A stretch of DNA of 64,000 nt from Azolla caroliniana (GCA_043228905.1 JBHGNT010000013.1:8928001-8992000), one strand, 5' to 3'; shown: positions 13,336-24,466, numbered from the stretch's first letter. Notes: a model not told the origin generated them from the letters alone. Numbers and translations are program-made.

Positions 13336-13605
13336 TGTTACCCGTTCCTTTGGGTGAACACCTTCGATAGATCTGCGGCTATCGGTCTTCAAGGGTGTGG
13401 TATGTGAAGGCTCGTAACAGAGGCGTCGAGAGAGATATAGGGCTCAGAGAGAAAACACTAGCGAGGTCTTGATAGACATGGGCGGCGTTGAACTCATAGG
13501 TATGGATCAAAGCACCGACTCATGGAGCAAAATGGGCACAAATTAGATATATTACTATGACAGAAAAGATTAGAGAACATGGCCTATGGCCGGTGACCTT
13601 ACAAG

Positions 13606-14269
13606 TGTTGGGATTACGGTCCCTCCGGATGGGATGGTCAGATGTCCGGGAATCGGGAATGAAGACCCGAATGAGGAGTACCCGGTATCGGAACCGGATG
13701 ATGAAGACCCGGTTTCGGATCCGGATGATGAAGACCCCGGCTACAGAGCCGGATGACGAATGTACCCGGAGAGAGATCCGGATGACGAATGTACCCGGAG
13801 AGAGATCCGGATGCGGGGACATATTTGTGAATATGTTTGCCAAGGGCCCTCGAGGCTATATTTGTAAATAGCCCGAAAGTCATATGTGTATAAATATGAC
13901 TTAGGGCAAACAGTTTTGTTGTTGTTGCTCATTTTTCTGTTTTCCACTTAGAGGGAGCGAAGTGAGAGCAGCCGAGAGAGAGAGTGAGAGAGAGAGAAAG
14001 GAAGAGGTCGACGCCTCTGTGTAATACCGCCGCCTATGGCGAGGACAACGAGCTCAAGGTCGTCGCCTTGCAGCTCGCCATTGTACATTCCCTGCGTATA
14101 GTGATAGTTGGAGTCTTGCACTCCCGTGGTTTTTCCCGTCTAGGGTTTTCCACGCTAAACCCTGTGCATTCGAGTCTCTCTCTGTGTTTTTTATTTTCTG
14201 CTGCATTGATTCGTGTTTCCTCGGTTTGTGGCCGAGAGGTGAAGGTTTTGAAAGCGTCAATTCCTAACA
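13606..14269 (+). repeat. 5' LTR (664 bp)
   Basis: TGTTGGG...CTAACA; has one extra 29-bp tandem unit relative to the 3' LTR. Confidence 0.95.
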
Positions 14270-14272
14270 ATC

Positions 14273-14284
14273 TGGTATCAGAGC
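14273..14284 (+). promoter_or_regulatory. Primer binding site, tRNA-iMet
   Basis: TGGTATCAGAGC 3 nt after the LTR. Confidence 0.95.
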
Positions 14285-14300
14285 GACTGCAGTGCAGAAA

Positions 14301-17300
14301 ATGGAAGGCGGCAGCAGCGGGCAGCCGGGGATGATGGTGCTGAATGCGCAGAATTACGCCGACTGGAAGATAAAGATGGAGGATCTGCTCATTGTTCGGG
14401 ACCTGTATGAACCGATCGACAGGTCAGAAATACCCAAGGGGGTACTTGAGACGGAATGGAGGCTTCTGAACCGGAAAGCCGTTGCAACCATTCGGCAATA
14501 CGTCGACGTGAGCGTTCTACAACATGTGGCGAACGACACCAACGCATATGAGATGTGGCAGAAGCTGTCGGGCCTCTACGAGAGGAAGAATGCGTTGAAC
14601 CGGACCTCCCTGATGAGGAAGATAGTGAACCTCAAGTACCGGGACGGCGAGAGTATGGTGGAACACGTAAGCACGTTCATGGGATTCGTGAACCAGCTTG
14701 CGGCGATCAAGTTCCCGTTGGAGGATGCAATGCAAGCCATCATGCTTATGTGTACATTGCCGGAAAGCTGGGAGAACTTGGTGGTGACTCTCAGCACCTC
14801 CTGCACCGAAGATAACTTGTCCCTACAAACGGTAAAGACAAGCATTTTGAACGAAGAAGCGCGTCGGAGAGATAAAGAACCGGCCTCCGATCCGAAGATG
14901 CTGCTTACCGAATCGGATCGGGGAAGACAACGGAACCGGAGTCCCCAAAGACGGGAGAAGTCGGGGACCCGGTCGCAGTCAAGAGGAAGGCCCACATGCT
15001 TCCACTGTGGGAAGCCGGGGCACTTCCGAAAGAATTGTCGGCATTACCGAAAAGACAACGGAGCCGACGACACCGATTCGAAGAAGTCTTCGGAACGGAA
15101 CGGTGCTTACCGGGGAGCCACGGACCGGAATGGTTCGGATCGGCGAGGGCAGGACTGGAAAGGAACGATGGCACTCGCGGCAAGTGAAGAGGAGATCATG
15201 CTCATCACCGAAGAAGGTGAACTAAACATTGCCGGCGATGAGACTACCTGGGTGGTCGATTCCGGAGCGTCGTTCCACCTGACCCCGGAGAGAAGATACT
15301 TCTCATCCTACACAGCCGGTGAGCATGGCTGTGTTCGGATGGGAAATGAAGGTACGTGCCGGATTGCCGGCATAGGAGACGTGTGGTTGACAACCTCGAC
15401 CGGATGCATAATGTTGCTGAAGGATGTCCGACACGTTCCGGAGGTTCGATTGAACCTGATTTCGGCCGGGAGGCTAGACGATGAAGGCTACACAGGTAGC
15501 ATCCGGAACTGCGTAATGAAGTTCAGCAAGGGGAGCCTGATAGTGGCTCGGGCCTGGAAAGTCAACACACTGTACCTTATGAATGCCTGGTTGTGTCCGG
15601 AGGAGCTGAACGTGGCAGCCGACACTGCCGATGAGCTGTGGCACAAGAGACTGTGCCACATGAGTGAGAAGGGGATGAAGAGGCTTGCAGAAGACAACCT
15701 TATTCCAGTGAAGCATGTGCACCTGGAGAAGTGCACCGATTGCCTGGCCGGTAAGCAGAACCGAACCTCCTTCCACTCAAGGCCACTGACGAGACGTAGC
15801 GCACCATTGGAGTTGGTGCACACTGACGTGTGTCAAGTAGAAACGAAGTCACATGGCGGAGCCCAGTACTTCGTGACATTCATTGATGACCACAGCCGGA
15901 AGCTGTGGACGGCACCGTTGAAGACAAAGGACCAAGTGTTGTGCGTCTTCAAAGAACTCCACGCGAGAGTGGAAAGGGAATCCGGCAAGAAGCTGAAAGC
16001 GATACGAGCGGATAACGGAGGGGAATACCGGGGGCAGTTCGAGGAGTACTGTCGCTCGAAGGGAATCCGGCTCGAGTTTACTGTGCCGAAGACGCCGAAT
16101 CTGAACGGGCTGGCCGAGAGGATGAACCGGACCATAATGGAGAGGGTCCGGAGTATGCTAGCGCATGCGAAATTACCCAAGGGGTTTTGGGCTGAGGCAA
16201 TGTCGACGGCGACATACGTGATAAACAGATCACCCTCAGTACCTTTGAACGGAGACACGCCGCAGAAAGTGTGGACCGGTAGGGAAGTATCCTACCGGCA
16301 TCTGAAGGTGTTCGGGTGTCTCGCATATGTGCATGTGGCAAAGGACCGGAGAGGAAAGCTAGATCCAAAGACCCGGCCATGCATATTCCTCGGTTACGGC
16401 GATGACGAGTTCGGCTACCGAGTATGGGACCCGGTCGACAAAAAGATATTCCGGAGTCGTGATATCATCTTCATGGAGGACAAGACACTCGCCGACTGGG
16501 AGTCGGAGAAGAAGATGAAGAGCTCCAAGTCGACCGGTGAGGATCAACTCTACGAGGAGCAGTCCCGACCGGCAAAGGACCGGTTAGCACTCGAGGATCC
16601 GGCCGAAGACGGTGAAGAAACAGAACCGGCCGAGGAAGATGAAACTGATACCGGAACCGGCCCTGATCCCGAAATGGATTCGGATGAAGAGGAAACGGAG
16701 GAGCCGGTTACCGAAGCTCCGGAACGGAGATATCCTCTAAGAGAGAGAAGGGCCCCCCGGAGATTTCCGGAACCAGAGCACGTGCTGCTAACCGACGAGG
16801 GGGAGCCGGAGAGTTTTGAAGAAGCAAAGCTTGACACCCATAGCCGCAGGTGGTTAAGTGCCATGCAGGAGGAGATGGATTCCGTGCATGAGAACCACAC
16901 ATATGAACTTGTGGAGCTGCCGAAAGGAAAGCGGGCACTTCGAAACAAGTGGGTGTTCAAGCTGAAACCGGGAGATGCCGGAAACCCCCCGAGATACAAA
17001 GCCAGGATCGTGGTGAAGGGGTTCCAGCAGAAGAAGGGCGTCGACTTCGACGAGATATTTGCCCCGGTAGTGAAGATGACCTCCATCCGGACGGTGCTGA
17101 GCATAGCGGCAAGCATGGACCTCGAGGTAGAACAGATGGACGTGAAGACGGCATTCCTTCACGGTGACCTCAAAGAAGAGATCTACATGCAGCAACCGGA
17201 AGGATTCGAGAAGAAAGGGAAGGAGCACCTGGTATGTCGGTTGAAGAAGAGCCTTTACGGACTGAAGCAGGCTCCCCGGCAATGGTACTGGAAGTTCGAC

Positions 17301-18374
17301 TCTTTCATGACCGACGAAGGGTACCACAAAACGCAGTCCGATCACTGCGTGTTTGTGAAGAAGTTCGAAGGAGGAGACTTTCTAATACTCCTCCTGTACG
17401 TGGACGACATGTTGATCGTCGGACGGGACCAGGTCAAGATACGGATGCTAAAGAAAGCGCTTCACCGAACCTTCTCAATGAAGGACCTGGGTCCGGCGAG
17501 GCAAATACTAGGGATGCACATCATCCGGGACCGGAAGAAGAAGCAGTTGTGGCTGTCACAGGAGAAGTACGTGACAAAGGTGCTTCACCGGTTCAACATG
17601 TCGGAAGCAAGACCGGTCGGGTCAACCCTCCCGGCAAACTGCAAGTTGTCCAGCAAGCAAAGCCCCAAGACAAAGGCTGAGAAGGAGGACATGATGAAAG
17701 TACCATATGCCTCTGCCGTCGGAAGCTTGATGTACGCAATGGTGTGTACAAGACCGGACATAGGATATGCAGTCGGAGTGGTGAGCCGGTACATGAGCAA
17801 TCCCGGCAAAGAGCACTGGAACGCGGCCAAGTGGATACTCCGATACCTGAAGGGCACGACAAACGTGTGCCTCCGATTCGGCTCCGGTAAGCCCAAACTC
17901 GACGGCTTTACCGATTCGGATATGTCGGCTGATGCAGATACCAGCCGGTCCACATCAGGGTATGTGATGACGTATGTAGGGGGAGCTGTTTCGTGGCAGT
18001 CGAGGCTGCAGAAGACGGTTGCGTTGTCAACCACGGAGGCGGAGTACATGGCGGCTGTTGAAGCCGGCAAGGAAATAATATGGATGAAGAACTTCATTAG
18101 AGAGCTCGGTATCCGGCAGGAGGAGTACCGACTCTACTGCGACAGTCAGAGTGCCATCCACCTTGCGAAGAACGCGGCCTATCACTCCCGGACGAAGCAC
18201 ATCCAGCGAAGATATCACTGGATCCGGGAAAGGATAGAAGACCAGGAGTTCGTGCTGACGAAGATCCACACGGACGAGAACGGGTCAGATATGCTGACCA
18301 AAGTGCTCACACCCGACAAGCTGGAAGCGTGCCGGAAGAGGGTCGGACTGGAAAGATATCCCATGCCGAAGTGA
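14301..18374 (+). CDS. Copia gag-pol polyprotein (gag, zinc knuckle, protease, integrase, RT, RNase H)
   Basis: CFHCGKPGHFRKNC, WVVDSGAS, LWHKRLCH..CTDC, LVHTD, DNGGEY, QMDVKTAFLHG, YVDDM, DSDMS, RTKHI; no internal stops; first ATG at 14301. Confidence 0.95.
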   Translation: MEGGSSGQPGMMVLNAQNYADWKIKMEDLLIVRDLYEPIDRSEIPKGVLETEWRLLNRKAVATIRQYVDVSVLQHVANDTNAYEMWQKLSGLYERKNALNRTSLMRKIVNLKYRDGESMVEHVSTFMGFVNQLAAIKFPLEDAMQAIMLMCTLPESWENLVVTLSTSCTEDNLSLQTVKTSILNEEARRRDKEPASDPKMLLTESDRGRQRNRSPQRREKSGTRSQSRGRPTCFHCGKPGHFRKNCRHYRKDNGADDTDSKKSSERNGAYRGATDRNGSDRRGQDWKGTMALAASEEEIMLITEEGELNIAGDETTWVVDSGASFHLTPERRYFSSYTAGEHGCVRMGNEGTCRIAGIGDVWLTTSTGCIMLLKDVRHVPEVRLNLISAGRLDDEGYTGSIRNCVMKFSKGSLIVARAWKVNTLYLMNAWLCPEELNVAADTADELWHKRLCHMSEKGMKRLAEDNLIPVKHVHLEKCTDCLAGKQNRTSFHSRPLTRRSAPLELVHTDVCQVETKSHGGAQYFVTFIDDHSRKLWTAPLKTKDQVLCVFKELHARVERESGKKLKAIRADNGGEYRGQFEEYCRSKGIRLEFTVPKTPNLNGLAERMNRTIMERVRSMLAHAKLPKGFWAEAMSTATYVINRSPSVPLNGDTPQKVWTGREVSYRHLKVFGCLAYVHVAKDRRGKLDPKTRPCIFLGYGDDEFGYRVWDPVDKKIFRSRDIIFMEDKTLADWESEKKMKSSKSTGEDQLYEEQSRPAKDRLALEDPAEDGEETEPAEEDETDTGTGPDPEMDSDEEETEEPVTEAPERRYPLRERRAPRRFPEPEHVLLTDEGEPESFEEAKLDTHSRRWLSAMQEEMDSVHENHTYELVELPKGKRALRNKWVFKLKPGDAGNPPRYKARIVVKGFQQKKGVDFDEIFAPVVKMTSIRTVLSIAASMDLEVEQMDVKTAFLHGDLKEEIYMQQPEGFEKKGKEHLVCRLKKSLYGLKQAPRQWYWKFDSFMTDEGYHKTQSDHCVFVKKFEGGDFLILLLYVDDMLIVGRDQVKIRMLKKALHRTFSMKDLGPARQILGMHIIRDRKKKQLWLSQEKYVTKVLHRFNMSEARPVGSTLPANCKLSSKQSPKTKAEKEDMMKVPYASAVGSLMYAMVCTRPDIGYAVGVVSRYMSNPGKEHWNAAKWILRYLKGTTNVCLRFGSGKPKLDGFTDSDMSADADTSRSTSGYVMTYVGGAVSWQSRLQKTVALSTTEAEYMAAVEAGKEIIWMKNFIRELGIRQEEYRLYCDSQSAIHLAKNAAYHSRTKHIQRRYHWIRERIEDQEFVLTKIHTDENGSDMLTKVLTPDKLEACRKRVGLERYPMPK

Positions 18375-18384
18375 AGGGGGAGTT

Positions 18385-19019
18385 TGTTGGGATTACGGTC
18401 CCTCCGGATGGGATGGTCAGATGTCCGGGAATCGGGAATGAAGACCCGAATGAGGAGTACCCGGTATCGGAACCGGATGATGAAGACCCGGTTTCGGATC
18501 CGGATGATGAAGACCCCGGCTACGGAGCCGGATGACGAATGTACCCGGAGAGAGATCCGGATGCGGGGACATATTTGTGAATATGTTTGCCAAGGGCCCT
18601 CGAGGCTATATTTGTAAATAGCCCGAAAGTCATATGTGTATAAATATGACTTAGGGCAAACAGTTTTGTTGTTGTTGCTCATTTTTCTGTTTTCCACTTA
18701 GAGGGAGCGAAGTGAGAGCAGCCGAGAGAGAGAGTGAGAGAGAGAGAAAGGAAGAGGTCGACGCCTCTGTGTAATACCGCCGCCTATGGCGAGGACAGCG
18801 AGCTCAAGGTCGTCACCTTGCAGCTCGCCATTGTACATTCCCTGCGTATAGTGATAGTTGGAGTCTTGCACTGCCGTGGTTTTTCCCGTCTAGGGTTTTC
18901 CACGCTAAACCCTGTGCATTCGAGTCTCTCTCTGTGTTTTTGATTTTCTACTGCATTGATTCGTGTTTCCTCGGTTTGTGGCCGAGAGGTGAAGGTTTTG
19001 AAAGCGTCAATTCCTAACA
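18385..19019 (+). repeat. 3' LTR (635 bp), preceded by PPT GAAGGGGGAG
   Basis: Direct repeat of the 5' LTR. Confidence 0.95.
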
Positions 19020-19213
19020 ACAAGTTTATCTAATTACGAAGGATTAAGCTAGTGCTTCCGTCTATATTTTTCTTCTCTCCCCACTTTGAGGTACTGGTCC
19101 TCGTTTAAATAACTTTTCCCCTAATACACAACCGAGCCGTCGGTGGCCCGTGATACTCGGACTCGGCATTTGCTAATTTCCTAATTTTACATTTTTGTCC
19201 TCTGGACAACACC

Positions 19214-19256
19214 TGGCACGCCCGTGGGACAGGACCTTGTCCGTCGGACCCACGAC
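19214..19256 (-). other. tRNA-Arg-like 3' half ending in CCA at the position normally occupied by the PPT
   Basis: Minus strand reads GTCGTGGGTCCGA-CGGACAAGGTCCT-GTCCCACGGGCGTGCCA-GG-TGTTG(LTR); conserved at 47317-47361. Confidence 0.7.
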
Positions 19257-19309
19257 TTACAAAATTCTAACAATATTACAAAAATTGCCTTTTAGGCGTG
19301 ATCCTCGTT

Positions 19310-22300
19310 TCATTCCTCCTTTAAGATGTCGAGGATGCTTTTGGGGTCCGAGGTGGTGGCAGGGTGGTTTTGTTGGACTGTCGGTGCGGGGGGTTGAGTT
19401 TGGTCCGGGGGTGTCATATCCTCTCGGACGTCCGCCTCAGGTGCGGCCGATTCTTCTGGTGGGGGTGTGGGTTCGAGGGTGTTGACCTCTACTTCGACTG
19501 AATCTGGTACGTGTGGGCGTCCATGGGATGTCTGTTGGCCGGGGCAAGTTCCTCCTGTGCCATGTCCGTGATCTCCTTGCTGGAAGGTTCTTCCTTCTGC
19601 TCTGTGGCCGTTGGAGGGATGGTGGGGATGGCTGCGAGTCGTTCTCGTTTGAAGGCTTCTGCGGCTGCGAGTCGTTCTCGTTCGAAGGCTTCTGCTTCCA
19701 GGCGAAACAACATCTGACCGTCATTGAAGTCCTCCATTATTTGCTCGATTGCCGCGGTGTGAGATTTTGCCAAGGACTGGTAATCCTCGGTTAAATCTGC
19801 ACGCAGGTTTTGTATGCTGGCTTCGTCCATTTTGTAGAAGCCGCGGCCCTCCTTCCGTCGGTTCTCGGCGTCGACGCGTAAAATATGCAATTCGGCAGCT
19901 TGGGCTGCCCATTCGTCTCCTGCACGACTTAATGTTTCCTTGACCTTTTTGGTAAGGTGCTGGCGCTGTTTCTCGATCAGTATTCTGATGCGTGTCTCAT
20001 CCATGCCGGGCTGTGCTCGGATGGCTGCTAATTCCTGTTTTAAGCCGTCGACCTCGGCTTGAATCTTCTGTGTTCTTAGCTCATAGATGGCTTGAGTGTT
20101 CTTTGCATCCGCGGTTACGAGCTGGAGAGCCTGCTCGTAACGCTTGGTGAGTTCTTCGGTGGCCTGCTCCCGTTCTTTTTGACACGTGGCCCGGATTTGT
20201 TCCCGTTCGACGATTCTCTCTTCTTGTAGGGCGAAGTAGGAATAAGATAATGCGTCTTTTTGCTCCGAAAGTAGCTTGCATTTGATGAAAAACTCGTCAG
20301 CCATCTCTTTAAGGGTCGTACGCTGACTCTACAGCTCGGCATTCTCCGCGTTCATCCTCTCCTCCCGTTGGTGATTTCTTTCCTCCTGCCGATGGTTCCA
20401 GTCTTTCGCATTGTCGAGCGCAGCTTGTAGGTCTAGAACCTCCTTCTCTTTCTTCACCACTGTGGTTGCGTATTCCTCCAGCTTGCTTTTGAGTTCGGCT
20501 TCTTTGCCCGCGGCTTGCGCTTGTACCCGGCCCAGTGCATCGTTCTGCTCGTGTATCCTTTGGTCGGCCTGGGCTCTAATCTCGGCCATCTGCTTGGAAG
20601 CGTCTTCTTTTAGGCGAGCCATTGCCTCTTGATGCCGTTGTTCGTGTCTCTCGGTTCGCCGTTCTTCTTCTTTAAGCTCCGCGCGGTAATCTTGGAGCGG
20701 GGGTTCTGTCTGGGTTGCCACCTCCTTGGGTGCACGAGGGGGTGGTATCTCGGTCTTTTCCATGGGCGTGGCCGCCTCGGTTGTTGTGCAGGCATCGACC
20801 ATTTGTAACGAGTCCGTTTGTGTACTGGCCTGCACCGTCAGGATTGAGTCGGTGATGGTGCTTTCATCCATCATTGTTATGCATGGAGGCGCTGGAAGGG
20901 CCTCGGTGGTCGTGACCGGAAGGCTCAAGAGTTGTTGTTCCGTCCGGTTTTGCTCCCAGGTTGCCAGCTTCTGGTTCGCAGCTTGCCATAATTCTGTAGC
21001 CATCTTAGCCTGTTTTTGGGTTATTTTTATCTTTCGGGCCATGTCTTTGGCTGCCCGCGTAGTGCGATCCAGGTCCCGATATGCCTCGATAAGGTCCGTG
21101 TTCAACTCGGGGACTTCCATGAGGAGAGCGGCCTGTTTTGCCGGCTTCTTCCTCCCGATTTTTTGTAAAGCCCTGTCCTCCTGGGGCTCAATTTCACCTA
21201 TTAACGCACGTTGAATCATTTTTGTTTCGGCGTGCTCCTCCGCCATTCGAGCGGCTGCCGCGACTTGGGCTATGGCGAGGAAGTCGACCAACTCGAATGT
21301 CGTACCAAGGCGTAGGAGCGCACTAAATTCGTAAGCCTCCGCGGGGAGGTCCTTATACCCGAGGACTTCATCCTCCGAGATCTGCGTTGTCTGCCCATGC
21401 TCGATCTTGCCTTGGTTCAGCGGTGCCTCCTCAGGGATGATTGCCAGGTTGCTCTGTCTGACAACTAAGGCTTGCTCCTGTTGTGGCTCTTTCCGTTCTT
21501 CCGAGGACTCGCGGTTGAGTCGTCTTCTCTTGCTTGGTTGTGTTTGGGGTTCCGGGGCCGGTAGTGTCGTTTCCTCCGCCTGCTTCCTTTTCTGGGGTTG
21601 TGGTGGTGCAACCTGCTATGTGTTGGGGCGTGGGCTAGGCCCTGGGGACGTTACCGAGGGGCGCGACGTTAGTTGTCGAATGGTGACGTCATCAACCGTG
21701 TTGTCTTCCGCAGCTACCTCCTCCTCCCATTCATGGCAGGTCTCGGAAACTGCCCTTTTTTGTTGGGGTTGGGTGGGTGGTGGTGCATATGCGGGCTTTT
21801 GGTCGGCAGCAGGAGGTGAAGGCAATGTGGGCTCCTCCCATGCTTCGTGGCTGATGGCAACGAATTTCTCTCTCTACCTTCGTGGTGGTGGTGGGGACGT
21901 GAGTGTGCGAGGGGAAGGAAGAGAAGAGGGTGGGTATAGAACCATCAAAAAGTGGGTAAGAACAGACAACATCTTCTTACCGGACTGAAATGAAGCTAAG
22001 GCGGCGCGGAGTCCCTCGCTTGTGATGATTCCCCAATCGATTATGTTTCCTTCATACACGCTGATGATGATGGCTGCCTTGTTCTGCGGCATGCTCGTTG
22101 GGTTCGTATGCACGAACACATACTCCATTAATATACGAGCAATCTCCCCGAAAGCTTTGTTGGGACCGCCATACATGCGATATGCCTTCCCTGAGGCTGA
22201 GTACTCACCGAAGTACGCCTTCATCTTTGATGCCGGGGGTATGTCGACCTCATGGTCCCCTCCCCGTTGCAGGTCCAAAACAGCCCGAAGCACATTGTTG

Positions 22301-22746
22301 GTGATGGCTTCGGGAGTTATACGTTTAGCCACACCTTGGGCATCTGGGTGCGGGGGGGCATCGATGATCTTCAGGTAACCGCCCATTCCTTGTTCCTGGA
22401 GCCAGGCGTGGGTTTCTGTTGAAGTGGTAAGAGGCATGGTGGAGATGGAGACGGGGTTCGACTGTGTGGAAGCGTGACGAAGAGTGATGAGGCGAGGGTG
22501 AGACACAGGAGGAACAACAGGAAGGGGAAGTCCAGCAAAGGGGTTATGAGAGCGAAACAGGGCTTGAGAGCAAGAGCGTTTAGCGCGATGAGGGCGAGAC
22601 GGGGTTTCTGAGCTTGAGAGCGATGGAGATGTGGAGCGATAATGAACTTCTATGTCTGTGCTGCGTTTTGGAAACGGTTTTAGTAACTTACTCCTAGGGT
22701 TTTGTGCCTGAAGCGAATCTTGAAGATTCTGAGTCGTGGGTGCCAT
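19310..22746 (-). pseudogene. Extra 3' ORF of family C (about 1,100 codons: globular N-domain, Pro-rich linker, long coiled coil)
   Basis: ORFs 21874..22746, 21616..21825, 20329..21291 and 19489..20304 share one frame and are separated only by TAG codons; C-terminus SILDILKEE* (another frame) is also seen at 47281-47310. Confidence 0.75.
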
Positions 22747-22948
22747 AATAAGTGACTAGCACCACGTGTCCTGAAGGTGAGTGGGGTGCTTCTAGTGCTT
22801 TGCATGTGCTTAAATAGGTACTAAATGAGTGGTGGCGAGGGGTGCTCCTAAAATTGTGGGTGCCTAGGTGGGTGGTGTAGGTGTAGCTAAACTATGGTTA
22901 ATCCTACCTACTACTATTTTTATTAATTTCAAGAAGGTGGGTGAGTCC

Positions 22949-24460
22949 TTATTCAGGGGGACACGTGGCCTCCTCCGTGGTGGCCTCCTTGTTTGTGCCG
23001 TGTGGCTCGGTAAACGGGTTGGTTGGTGTAGTCCCTCGATATGGTCGAAGTCGAAAACCATTGGCCCAACTTTTGACAGTGTCGCCAGCGAGTGTGCCGA
23101 GCTGGAACGTCCCGTTGAACTCGTCAATAATCCAGAATGGACCGGTCCACCGAAATCTTAATTTTCCCGGCATTGACCCAAGTCGTGTTTGAAAAAGAAG
23201 AACTAGTTTGCCGATGGTGAGCTCCTTCTCCAGCCCGTGTCGATGTCGATCCACGAAAGCCTTGCGTTGCCGTTGGCGTTGCTCGAGCTGGGCCATACTG
23301 TCTATCCTATCTTCGCCGAGTTCGAGGAGTTGTTCCAGCCGGTGTTGCTCGGATTGGGCCTCGGGGAGCCATGCTTTGACTTGAACTCGGAGGCTCGGGA
23401 CTTGGAACTCGACGGGCATTACGGCTTCTAACCCGAACGCCATTCGAAAGGGGGTTGATTGGATGCTTGTTTTGAAAGTCGTACGATATGCCCACAGCGC
23501 GCTCTGGAGTTTGTCATCCCAGTCGGTCCTGTTTTCATTGACGATCTTCTTCAGTATGGTTTGGAGGATTTTATTGGTCGATTCCGCCAAGCCATTCACT
23601 TGCGGGTAGTATGGTGTGCTTTTCTTGTGCACCACCGCGTAGTGGTGTGTAAGTTCACGTATTATATGATTGATGAAGTGCCCACCTTGATCACTAACGA
23701 GCTCGATTGGGCATCCGTAACGACACCAGAGATGCTCGTACACGAATTTAGCCGTGGATGCCGCCTTGTTATCTCGGAGTGCCTTAGCCTCGACCCATTT
23801 GGTGCAGTAATCCGTGGCAACGATAATATACCTATTCCTTGTTCGGGCCGCGGGTGGTTTGAAAGGGCCTACAAAAACCAAACCCCATTTTTGAAATGGG
23901 TCCAATGGAAGCATCGGCTGGTGTGGCATCCGTGACTGTTCCATTGGTTGCCCCAATCGTTGGCACAAATCGCACTGCCGGCAAAACTCGTGAGCATCTT
24001 TCATCGTTGTCGGCCACCACAATCCACTTTGCCAAACTTTCCTTGCCGTGGAATCCCCGGCATAGTGCCCCCCAGCTACTCCCTGGTGGGCTTCCTGAAG
24101 AACGGCGTTCTTCTCGAATTGCCGAATCGCTCGACGCCATATGCCGTCCGAGCCTTTGTGGTAGAGAATGTCCGAGACGAGGCAAAAATTCCGGCTACGC
24201 ACTGCTAGGCGTTTTCTCGTGTCAAGAGTCATGTGCTCGAGAGGTACATCGATAGTGAGAAAATGGGTCATCTCCGTGATCCATTCATCTCCGTTATCGT
24301 CTGGTATCGTGGTCAGGTTAAATAAGTTGGTGTCCGGTAGCTCGTCGTACGTTGTTTTCGCCGGTTCTCCTGACTCAAGACGGCTCAAGTAGTCGGCGAC
24401 GGTATGTTGTACCCCGGGTCGATGCTGAATTTGAAAATCAAACTCTTGTAGTAGGAGCAT
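22949..24460 (-). CDS. pol: gypsy pol C-terminal fragment (RNase H end + integrase)
   Basis: LLLQEFDF, AGGHY..CDLC, DQG, NGLAE, WTGPF; N-terminal part missing. Confidence 0.9.
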   Translation of the reverse strand: MLLLQEFDFQIQHRPGVQHTVADYLSRLESGEPAKTTYDELPDTNLFNLTTIPDDNGDEWITEMTHFLTIDVPLEHMTLDTRKRLAVRSRNFCLVSDILYHKGSDGIWRRAIRQFEKNAVLQEAHQGVAGGHYAGDSTARKVWQSGLWWPTTMKDAHEFCRQCDLCQRLGQPMEQSRMPHQPMLPLDPFQKWGLVFVGPFKPPAARTRNRYIIVATDYCTKWVEAKALRDNKAASTAKFVYEHLWCRYGCPIELVSDQGGHFINHIIRELTHHYAVVHKKSTPYYPQVNGLAESTNKILQTILKKIVNENRTDWDDKLQSALWAYRTTFKTSIQSTPFRMAFGLEAVMPVEFQVPSLRVQVKAWLPEAQSEQHRLEQLLELGEDRIDSMAQLEQRQRQRKAFVDRHRHGLEKELTIGKLVLLFQTRLGSMPGKLRFRWTGPFWIIDEFNGTFQLGTLAGDTVKSWANGFRLRPYRGTTPTNPFTEPHGTNKEATTEEATCPPE

Positions 24461-24466
24461 CCACCG

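Larger units (their letters stand above)
13606..19019 (+). mobile_element. Intact full-length Ty1/copia retrotransposon (Tnt1/Tork-like)
   Basis: LTRs 13606-14269 and 18385-19019, TSD ACAAG on both sides, PBS TGGTATCAGAGC, PPT, uninterrupted gag-pol. Confidence 0.97.
13336..24466 (-). mobile_element. Ty3/gypsy family C element, 3' half (RNase H end, integrase, extra ORF, 3' LTR)
   Basis: Integrase ORF 22949..24460; extra ORF 22746-19310; 3' LTR 19211-13336 (TGTTG...GGTAACA on minus) split by the copia element. Confidence 0.8.

Noticed and set aside
13520-14334. Short ORFs in the copia LTRs and antisense ORFs throughout pol genes
   Set aside because: By-products of repetitive LTR sequence and codon bias; no independent support.
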